IMG/VR virus record: IMGVR_UViG_3300025633_000001
DNA length: 25,185 nt
Strand: one strand, 5' to 3'
Origin: an uncultured virus (IMG/VR IMGVR_UViG_3300025633_000001)
Taxonomy: Duplodnaviria > Heunggongvirae > Uroviricota > Caudoviricetes
Part shown: piece by piece, positions 1 to 6,519 of the stretch
Numbering within the stretch: the first letter of the stretch is position 1
Layout: each line of letters opens with the position of its first letter
Position numbers and translations under genes: made by a program
The notes under the pieces: model-generated
Databases searched by the model: none
What the model saw: only the letters and a program-made list of their open reading frames with translations
Told to the model about the DNA's origin: nothing

Positions 1-73
1 TGAGGCCGGTCCAGAGCCACTTCTCCAGCCTGAACCGGAGCGGCGAGCCCTTGAAGCCGGACGGGAAGATCAC
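1..73 (-). CDS. Hypothetical protein, N-terminal part only (MIFPSGFKGSPLRFRLEKWLWTGL...), runs off the window
   Basis: GTG at 73 overlaps the TGA of the 70..423 gene (GTGA); frame is open to the window edge. Confidence 0.5.
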   Translation of the reverse strand, partial: MIFPSGFKGSPLRFRLEKWLWTGL

Positions 74-423
74 GCGGGGACTAGCTCGCCGTCACGTATC
101 CAGCCGTGCCAGTGGGAGCCGTCACGGTACGGCGTGCCGTCCGGCCCGGTGCGCCAGCACTCCACGTCGATCGATGGACTCACGGTGATGGCCGGAACCG
201 TGCCGGTCACCTCCCACATCTCATGCGGAGGTGCCGACGCCCGGTCGGTGGTGCGCCAGCTGATTTCCGACGGCAAGCCGGGCTCAACGGGCTTGGTGTT
301 CGGCAGGATGATCCACCAGCACTCCCGGCCGGCCTCGTCATCGTCCGGGCAGCGCCACATCATGCCCGGTTCCGGGTCACTCTCGGGAGGTGCGGCGAGA
401 ACGCGCAGCGGGATGCCGGTCAC
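70..423 (-). CDS. DUF6527-like protein (117 aa)
   Basis: C-terminal WEVTGTVPAITVSPSI...HWHGWIRDG resembles the recalled DUF6527 pattern (W..G....T..PSI...H..I.dG); GTG start overlaps the endolysin stop. Confidence 0.6.
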   Translation of the reverse strand: MTGIPLRVLAAPPESDPEPGMMWRCPDDDEAGRECWWIILPNTKPVEPGLPSEISWRTTDRASAPPHEMWEVTGTVPAITVSPSIDVECWRTGPDGTPYRDGSHWHGWIRDGELVPA

Positions 424-1247
424 GCGGACGGCAGGTACAGGACGAGATCCTTCGGCATCGGCTTAGCCGGGCTGATTGTCCCGCCGAACACCCCGCCGAG
501 ATACGACGCCACCCCGGCCGGGTAAACCCCGCCGGGGCTGTGCGCGGCCGTGAGAGCGAGGATGACGGCCGGGGTCGTGTGCTGCTGGCTGGCAAGCTGC
601 TCGAGCGAGCTCATGCCGGCAGTGACCCACTGGCGGACTGCTGGGGGTGTCACGGTGCCTCCCTGGCGGATAGCGATGGCGAGAGCAACGATCTGCGGGC
701 GCTGGACCTTGCGGACGTCACCGGGGCAGTCGGGGTGGCCCCCGAAAGCCCCGCCGCCCATCCCGTGCCAGCCGAGCCCTTCGGTGGTCGGGCTGTCGCT
801 GATCTGTATCGGGAATCGGCCGACGTCATCGCGGCTCAGCAACTCGAGCAACTGCGCACCCGCCGCGATCTGAGCCGGGGTGAGCGGGTTCGACGGATTG
901 CCGGCATCGGCGAACTCGCACCCGAACCAATGCGGGTTGCCATCAGCGGCGTGCCACGCCTTCCACCCGTTGACGGGACCGAACTGCCAGATCTCGCCGG
1001 CCTGCGAGACACCGAAATGGGCGCTGGCCTGCGAGGCGCTGTTGTTGAACCATGCGACGGTTCCCGGCTGGAGGTCGCCGACCATCGTGTGAACCAGCAT
1101 CCCGGTCACGCCGGACGGGACGCTCATGCCCCCGCTGTCCCCGTTCCGGCACGGCCACGACGGGCTGTTGTGCTGCACGGGCTGGCCGCTCGGGGAGGTG
1201 CCTGTTACCCGTCCGCCGGCATCGACGGAAAGTTTCTGTACCTGCAT
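420..1247 (-). CDS. Endolysin, N-acetylmuramoyl-L-alanine amidase (Amidase_2/PGRP-type) with C-terminal putative cell-wall-binding domain
   Basis: Zn-amidase motifs LVHTMVG, SAHFGV, KAWHA, GCEFAD, WHGMG...GHPDCPG; GAGG RBS; lies downstream of membrane genes. Confidence 0.9.
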   Translation of the reverse strand: MQVQKLSVDAGGRVTGTSPSGQPVQHNSPSWPCRNGDSGGMSVPSGVTGMLVHTMVGDLQPGTVAWFNNSASQASAHFGVSQAGEIWQFGPVNGWKAWHAADGNPHWFGCEFADAGNPSNPLTPAQIAAGAQLLELLSRDDVGRFPIQISDSPTTEGLGWHGMGGGAFGGHPDCPGDVRKVQRPQIVALAIAIRQGGTVTPPAVRQWVTAGMSSLEQLASQQHTTPAVILALTAAHSPGGVYPAGVASYLGGVFGGTISPAKPMPKDLVLYLPSA

Positions 1248-1248
1248 G

Positions 1249-1431
1249 TCAGTTGTCCTCTTCGCATGCTGAGCTGTTCTTCGCGTGAATGAACGCGATT
1301 CGCCCCCTGGTCAGATGTCCGCCGGGATGCGCCGGATGGCAGCGGCGGCACAAACGCCAGACGAGTCCGGTCCGCTCGTCAGTGCCGGTGTGGACGGCTA
1401 GCCAGTGCTGGAGGAGGTGCCACCAGTGCAC
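1249..1431 (-). CDS. Small His/Cys/Trp-rich hypothetical protein (about 60 aa)
   Basis: GGAGG lies 8 nt before GTG at 1431, a better start than 1440; contains CRRCHP; ends 1 nt before the endolysin ATG. Confidence 0.55.
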   Translation of the reverse strand: MHWWHLLQHWLAVHTGTDERTGLVWRLCRRCHPAHPGGHLTRGRIAFIHAKNSSACEEDN

Positions 1432-1452
1432 AATGCCCACCTCCTGGCGGGG

Positions 1453-1527
1453 TCAGCGGCGCTGCAGGAACACGACAAGGATGACCAGGACGATGATGAC
1501 CAGCAGGACGCCGGCGCCGATATACAT
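1453..1527 (-). CDS. 24-aa single-TM microprotein MYIGAGVLLVIIVLVILVVFLQRR
   Basis: Translated by hand; ATG overlaps the upstream stop (TGATG); uninterrupted hydrophobic helix with basic tail; high-GC3 codons. Confidence 0.75.
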   Translation of the reverse strand: MYIGAGVLLVIIVLVILVVFLQRR

Positions 1528-1619
1528 CAGGCCACCCGGCCCCGGAACAGGCCGACGAGGTAGGCCAGCGCGATGATGCCGACCTCTACGATCAGGACCC
1601 ACGCTTGGACAGCAGTCAT
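1527..1619 (-). CDS. 30-aa single-TM microprotein MTAVQAWVLIVEVGIIALAYLVGLFRGRVA
   Basis: Translated by hand; GGAGG RBS 6 nt before ATG; hydrophobic helix with basic C-terminus. Confidence 0.75.
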   Translation of the reverse strand: MTAVQAWVLIVEVGIIALAYLVGLFRGRVA

Positions 1620-1640
1620 GGTTTGCCTCCGTTAGGTTGT

Positions 1641-1665
1641 GCCGGCGGCAGGGGTTGCCGCGGGC
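1641..1665 (-). terminator. GC-rich intergenic hairpin (possible terminator or RNA-stabilising stem)
   Basis: Minus strand GCC-C-GCGGCA-ACCCC-TGCCGC-C-GGC just after the 1669 stop; no U-tract. Confidence 0.3.
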
Positions 1666-1668
1666 CGC

Positions 1669-2154
1669 TTAGCGTTTCGTCGCGTACAGGATCACGCTGA
1701 TGATCGCGACCAGTACCGCAGCCGCAGCGATGACCTGGCTGATGTTGAGGCGCTGCTCGGTACGCTGCCCCGCCTGCCCCAGGTCGGTGCCCTCACCGCG
1801 GTCCAGCCGCGATGTCAGCCGCAGCTCCAGCGCCGCCACCCGGTCCGCGTTCCCGGCCACCCGTTCGGACAGTGCGCTATGCCCCGCGGCGTATTCGGCG
1901 CGGGGGAGGAACGTGGCGGTCTGGTCGGCGAGTGTCTGCCGGAATTCGTTAACGCTGTCGAACCTGCGCTCAGACGCTGTTTCCGCTTTAGTGACGGCCT
2001 TCTCGGCGGACACCAGGGCGGCCTGGATGGCTTTGTCGGCGTCGTCCATCCGCCGGGACAGCAGCCGGTCCACGGCGTCGATCCGCTGAATGAGGTGGGA
2101 GTGCAGGGTGTCTACGCTCCAGCCGCTCTGGACTTCTCCCGTCTCCCCGCTCAC
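1669..2154 (-). CDS. Coiled-coil protein with C-terminal transmembrane anchor (161 aa), lysis-cassette membrane protein
   Basis: GTG at 2154 overlaps the upstream stop (GTGA), preferred over 2250; helical DKAIQAALVSAEKAVTKAETASERRFDSVNEFRQ; C-terminal VIAAAAVLVAIISVILY-ATKR. Confidence 0.8.
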   Translation of the reverse strand: MSGETGEVQSGWSVDTLHSHLIQRIDAVDRLLSRRMDDADKAIQAALVSAEKAVTKAETASERRFDSVNEFRQTLADQTATFLPRAEYAAGHSALSERVAGNADRVAALELRLTSRLDRGEGTDLGQAGQRTEQRLNISQVIAAAAVLVAIISVILYATKR

Positions 2155-2516
2155 GGGGCCACCACCCTCCAGGGCCGCGCGGTTAACAGCCCGCGCGGCG
2201 GCTTGCGCCTGCCGCGCCATTGCACCCTGATGACGAACCACACCAGCCACCAGGCCGCGACCCCGACGAGGGCGATGGACGCCACGAAGTACCAGGAGAA
2301 CGCGAGGCTCGCCAGCGACAGGCCGAACAGCCGGTGGATCACCGACGGGCCGAGCGCCAGCGCCAGCCCGGCGCCGAGGGTGATGAGCGCCCGGCCGACC
2401 TGGGTCCGCAGGCCCCGCGCGAGCAGCAGGTAGGCGGCCAGGAACGCGAGGGAGCCGGCGAACGCGAAGAACACCACGTCGTTGCCGAGGTCCGTGAGCA
2501 GCTGCACCTGTGTCAT
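2151..2516 (-). CDS. Putative holin (three predicted TM helices, 121 aa)
   Basis: ATG at 2516 after GGGGG; three hydrophobic stretches, GRAL loop motif, basic C-terminus (RGRRKPPR); lysis-cassette context. Confidence 0.7.
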   Translation of the reverse strand: MTQVQLLTDLGNDVVFFAFAGSLAFLAAYLLLARGLRTQVGRALITLGAGLALALGPSVIHRLFGLSLASLAFSWYFVASIALVGVAAWWLVWFVIRVQWRGRRKPPRGLLTARPWRVVAP

Positions 2517-2571
2517 GTCCGCCCCCGCTTCATGACGATCCTGCTGGGATGTTCTGAACGAAAGACCCGCG

Positions 2572-2823
2572 TCATTCCTCCCCGTGCCGCGGCGTCCTGA
2601 TCGACGCCTCGACCATGGCGGCGAGGTGGTTCTGCGCGCGCATGGCCCGCAGTCCCGCGATGACGGTCCGCTGCTCATGGGCTGCCTGTTCCGCTGCCGC
2701 CGCCCGTGTCTCGCTGGCTGAGACGAGGCGCTCGCTGGCCTCCGCCCCGGCCGTGATCGCGTGGCTGACGGCCTGCTGCGCGGTACTGGGGGGCGGTGTC
2801 CGCTTACGGCGCCATAGGCCCAT
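2572..2823 (-). CDS. Small helical lysis-cassette protein (83 aa)
   Basis: GAGG RBS; Ala-rich helix ending MRAQNHLAAMV, resembling small proteins that sit between a membrane gene and a holin in actinophages. Confidence 0.7.
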   Translation of the reverse strand: MGLWRRKRTPPPSTAQQAVSHAITAGAEASERLVSASETRAAAAEQAAHEQRTVIAGLRAMRAQNHLAAMVEASIRTPRHGEE

Positions 2824-3124
2824 TGGTCCTCTTCCGCAGGTCTTCGAGCAGCGCCGTGGCGAGTTTCGCGGTTTCCACCGCCGCGTCGGCCCGCTGCGAC
2901 TGGACTAGCGCGGCGGCCCGCAGTTCGTCGTTCGCGGCCCGTTCGGTCTCGCGGGCGTTCTTCTCCGCTTCGAACGCGGATTTCCAGTCGTCGGCGTCGC
3001 GCGTGATCCGGTCTACGAGCTGCCGGGTGCTGAGCATCCCGGTGATCAGGAGGACCACGATGACGCCGGCGCTGCCGGTGGAGGTGGACAGGATGGCGGC
3101 GAGGGTGCCTGAGTCAACGGCCAT
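2804..3124 (-). CDS. Membrane protein with N-terminal TM helix and coiled coil (106 aa)
   Basis: Hydrophobic GVIVVLLITGML followed by a charged helix (DWKSAFEAEKNARETERAANDEL); first gene of the lysis cassette. Confidence 0.8.
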   Translation of the reverse strand: MAVDSGTLAAILSTSTGSAGVIVVLLITGMLSTRQLVDRITRDADDWKSAFEAEKNARETERAANDELRAAALVQSQRADAAVETAKLATALLEDLRKRTNGPMAP

Positions 3125-3379
3125 GCGGCAGGGTGCCCCCGTCCCGTATCGTGCGGCCGTTCAGGTCCGGGTCCAGGCTCGCGGGATAAAGCCCATAAAA
3201 CCCCCGGATCAGGTGGCAGGATGGCGGTCATGGAACGCTTAGGCAGCCCGGTCTCCCGCTGCAGGCTGCGATGCGCGGACTGCCCGGTGCGCGCGTGTAC
3301 GTGCGCTGACCTGTGCGACCTGGACTGTCATGAAATCACCGAGCGGAACCAGGTAACGGGCACTCCCGGCACCGCATCG

Positions 3380-3580
3380 CTAGGAGCCCGGCGCAGGTTC
3401 CTGGTTCATCGCCGCCTCGAACTCGGCCACCTGTGCAAGGAAGGCCGTCGTCGCGTACGACGGCCAGTCGGCGGCGGACACGGCCCCCGGCTGGGCCTGC
3501 ACCTCGGTGAGCGCCTCCCCGTCGTCCACGACGAACACCGGCTGGACGATGACCTTGAGAAGCCGCAGTTGCCTGCTCAT
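3380..3580 (-). CDS. Small protein downstream of fibre (66 aa), possible fibre chaperone
   Basis: ATGA overlap with the fibre stop; high-GC3 codons; position typical of fibre assembly proteins. Confidence 0.7.
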   Translation of the reverse strand: MSRQLRLLKVIVQPVFVVDDGEALTEVQAQPGAVSAADWPSYATTAFLAQVAEFEAAMNQEPAPGS

Positions 3581-4848
3581 GCTGCGATCAGTCCCGTCTT
3601 TTTGAGGGCGTTCACGATGTCAGCGATGGTGTAGGCAGTTGCCCCGGTATTCCCGGTGAACTTCCCGTCGATCGTGACAGCGGTGGATGACCCTGCCGTG
3701 TAACCCAGCGTGACAGAGGCGGCGGTCGGCTGAGACGACGGAGGGGCGGTGTTCCAGGCTGCGAACCCGTAGAAGCACCTGAAAGGCCCGTTAACGGTGA
3801 CCGAGGACGTGCTGGTCGAACCTGGGTTGAACGACATCGCGCTGCGGCCGTTAGCAACGTCGTAAATCGCAAGGGTCGTGCTGCCGGGGACCTGGAGCCG
3901 CCATGAGTCAGTGCCGGCCTGCCCGAAGCCGATAAGGGCAGTCTGGCCGCTGGCGGGCTCCAGGTAGATCTGCGCGTTCACGCTTGCCGGGGCCGAAGCG
4001 CCGCCGATGGTGAGGTTAAGGCTATTGGCGACCCCGGTCGTCCCTAGCATGGAAAGCCGCTGATACAGCAGCTCGGCGCCGGTTACCGACAGGGTGAGGG
4101 GGTTGGCGGCCGACCCGAACGTGACCGATCCGGGCGATGATGCGGTCGCTGCGGCGACGCCGGTCATGGACAGGTAATTGGTGACCGAGTTGTCGGCGTT
4201 ATGGACCGCGAACTGGATAGTCCCGTCACCTGGCGGCAGGGAGAAGAGCCACTGTCCTGTCTTGGTCCCGTTAGTCTGGCCGACGAACTGAAACGGGAAG
4301 CACGTTGACCCGTCCGGAGAGGTGAAATTCAGCTCGATCTCGACGCCGTGCGTGTCGCCGCAGTCCGGCAGGATGCTGAAATATGCCTGAGGCTTGGCCG
4401 CCGAGAAGCCGGACAGCTTCGGCGAGTTATACCCGAAATCCCAGGAGGTCTCCGTGACGCTGCCGAACGTGCCCGGCCAGAACACGGACCCGAACGCCCC
4501 GGACCCGGCGGCGTTGGTGGTGTTGGCCGCCTGGAACTGCCACTGCTGGGTGAGGGCCGGTGACCCGGCCGTGCCGCCCTGAGTGGACGACGCGGGAACC
4601 CCTGCGGACGACACCCAGGTCGCCGCTGCTCCCGTCCCCCCGGCCGTGCAGATCCAGATGACCCCGCTGCGGTCCGGGACCTGATCCCCGGCCTTCCATG
4701 TCCCGGTAAGGGGCGGCCCGGCCTGGGTCGCCCCGCGCATCCGGAAGCCCAGCGGGGCCCCCGGAACTCCCCCGTCGATGACGAGCTCGCGGACCCTGGC
4801 CCCGATCCGCCGTACCCCGTCCAGGACGCCGCCGTTGATGTTCGGCAC
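3577..4848 (-). CDS. Tail fibre/receptor-binding protein B2 (423 aa)
   Basis: First 78 aa about 73% identical (hand count) to the 6519..7940 product; beta-rich G/S/T body; C-terminal TAYTIADIVNALKKTGLI helix; TAGTG coupling to the upstream gene. Confidence 0.8.
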   Translation of the reverse strand: MPNINGGVLDGVRRIGARVRELVIDGGVPGAPLGFRMRGATQAGPPLTGTWKAGDQVPDRSGVIWICTAGGTGAAATWVSSAGVPASSTQGGTAGSPALTQQWQFQAANTTNAAGSGAFGSVFWPGTFGSVTETSWDFGYNSPKLSGFSAAKPQAYFSILPDCGDTHGVEIELNFTSPDGSTCFPFQFVGQTNGTKTGQWLFSLPPGDGTIQFAVHNADNSVTNYLSMTGVAAATASSPGSVTFGSAANPLTLSVTGAELLYQRLSMLGTTGVANSLNLTIGGASAPASVNAQIYLEPASGQTALIGFGQAGTDSWRLQVPGSTTLAIYDVANGRSAMSFNPGSTSTSSVTVNGPFRCFYGFAAWNTAPPSSQPTAASVTLGYTAGSSTAVTIDGKFTGNTGATAYTIADIVNALKKTGLIAA

Positions 4849-5272
4849 TACAGCGACGCCCCGTAGGCATTGACCTCAACCAGGGAGACGTTCCCCGAGA
4901 CCGTGGTGGTGACGCGGAGGCTCCAGCCAGACGGCAGGACCAGGTTGTCGTAGGTGGCTGTCTGCGGGACTGGCGCGGTGGTCGTGTTCACCGTCCCGGC
5001 GGGGATCGTGAACGGGGGCAGCAAATGGTAGGTGGTGCCGTCGTAAGCGAACACGTTGACCAGCCCGGCCACGACGGTGCCGACTGGGATCACATCTATC
5101 TGCGTGATCTTGGTCCCGCTCGATCCGGCCGAGCCGAGGATGGTCACATTCGCCGGCGCGGTGAACGATGAGTCGGCGGTCGCCGGCACGAGGCCGCACC
5201 AGGCGACCGGGGTAGCGGCATAAGCGGGCGCGGCGGCCATGGGTGCTCCCTAGACGGCGAAGATGCGGAGGA
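4615..5272 (-). repeat. Diverged direct repeat, copy 2 (about 660 bp)
   Basis: Matches 7707..8364 at a constant 3092-bp offset (5250/8342, 5240/8332, 4848/7940). Confidence 0.9.
4848..5240 (-). CDS. 130-aa virion adaptor-like protein A2
   Basis: 100/130 identical (hand count) to the 7940..8332 product with no gaps; GGAG RBS; beta-rich composition. Confidence 0.85.
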   Translation of the reverse strand: MAAAPAYAATPVAWCGLVPATADSSFTAPANVTILGSAGSSGTKITQIDVIPVGTVVAGLVNVFAYDGTTYHLLPPFTIPAGTVNTTTAPVPQTATYDNLVLPSGWSLRVTTTVSGNVSLVEVNAYGASL

Positions 5273-5310
5273 TGCATGCGTGGGATGATGCGCGGATGAG
5301 CGACCGGCAG

Positions 5311-6519
5311 TCAGATCGTCGCGGTGTGCGCGGCGATGTTCGCCGCATAGTCGCTCAGCGACGCCTGCGTTCCGCCCGTGATCAGCGAGGCGTAATTCAG
5401 CCAGAAACACCCCTGGAACCCGAATGTCTGCGCGGGCGGCAGCGGCGGAGTCGAGCCGAAGTCGACCGAGGATCCGCTGAGCGCCGAACCCTTCGAGTAC
5501 CCGAGGAAAATCTGGCCCATCTGGGTGGTGGACTCGCCGCCGGTATTCTCTCCCCACAGCTTGTAATGCTTATTCCACCGGTACGCCTCTTCGTAGATCT
5601 TCTTCCACGCCGCTATGTCGGAGTCCTGGACGGGCGTGTCGAACCCGTCTGCCGTGTTCAGCCAGGTTGAGTAAGGCCAGATCTGCGGGTCGTGGGCGTA
5701 TGAGCCGATCATCCGCAGCGGGTCCTCGCCGGCTGCGATGCTGGCCCGGTAGGCGGCAGCGGAACGCAGCTGGTTGCTCCGGGTCCCGTAGCCGGGATGG
5801 CAGACGTGGTAGTCGCAGGCCCATCCGGCGGCGCGCATCGTGGCGATGAAGTACGCCAGCCATGTCGCGAGGCCGTTGGCGTACCAGTTGATCAGCTGGC
5901 AGTCCTGCGCGTCGGTCCCGGACCAGATCGTGTAGCCGGGCAGCGGGCACACCGACTGGCCCGCGGCCAGGCCTGTGCCGGTCTGCATCGACGCGCCGTA
6001 CGCCCACACGCTCGGCTGAAGCGTGATGACCGATACGGTCTGCGGGTAATGCAGTTCCCCGTAATATCCGCCGCCGCATTTGATCGCCGCTGTCTGGGCT
6101 AGCAGGGCCGGCCCCAGTGCCGCAGCGAGCTTGCCGATGAAGTCAGCGACGTACGTCCAGCCCAGGGCTGTCCACATCCAGTTGACGACCTGCATGCCTG
6201 AGTTGGGCGTCGAGTTGCTGTAGACGTTCCCGAACTGGTCGGTGTAACCCTCGATCGCTGATACGGCCCAGGCGGGCGGGTAGTGGACGGCGACCTCGAG
6301 CATGACGGCTAGCCGTGCCGTCGCGGAATCCGCGTACTCCTGGATCAGTGACGCCACCGCGGTGGGATCCAGGGACGTCCCGGCGCCGTTGGGCTGCAAC
6401 GAGCTCCACTGTGCTTGCAGCGCTATGTGGGTGCATCCGGCGGCCGCCATGGCCAGTTTGGAGGCAAGGTTGCCGACCGGCGGATTGAGGACACCAAACG
6501 CCCTGTACGACCCGGTCAT
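5311..6519 (-). CDS. Glycoside hydrolase, TIM barrel, beta-amylase (GH14)/GH42-like (402 aa)
   Basis: QWSSLQP, GGGYYGELHYP and LWGENTGG parallel the GH14 catalytic motifs GELRYP and GENAL; TGATG coupling to fibre B1; no signal peptide evident. Confidence 0.7.
   Translation of the reverse strand: MTGSYRAFGVLNPPVGNLASKLAMAAAGCTHIALQAQWSSLQPNGAGTSLDPTAVASLIQEYADSATARLAVMLEVAVHYPPAWAVSAIEGYTDQFGNVYSNSTPNSGMQVVNWMWTALGWTYVADFIGKLAAALGPALLAQTAAIKCGGGYYGELHYPQTVSVITLQPSVWAYGASMQTGTGLAAGQSVCPLPGYTIWSGTDAQDCQLINWYANGLATWLAYFIATMRAAGWACDYHVCHPGYGTRSNQLRSAAAYRASIAAGEDPLRMIGSYAHDPQIWPYSTWLNTADGFDTPVQDSDIAAWKKIYEEAYRWNKHYKLWGENTGGESTTQMGQIFLGYSKGSALSGSSVDFGSTPPLPPAQTFGFQGCFWLNYASLITGGTQASLSDYAANIAAHTATI

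Noticed and set aside
2155..2678. ORF-track upstream starts at 2250 and 2678 (likewise 22645 and 24407 elsewhere)
   Set aside because: They overlap neighbouring genes extensively; downstream starts with an RBS or stop/start coupling fit better
3046..3231. 61-aa minus-strand ORF
   Set aside because: Pro-rich, overlaps the 106-aa membrane gene out of frame, and crosses an A/T-rich patch that looks non-coding
3239..3331. 30-aa minus-strand ORF MTVQVAQVSAHVHAHRAVRASQPAAGDRAA
   Set aside because: No clear RBS and many GCA/GTA/ACA codons; it is the mirror frame of the Cys-rich plus-strand ORF
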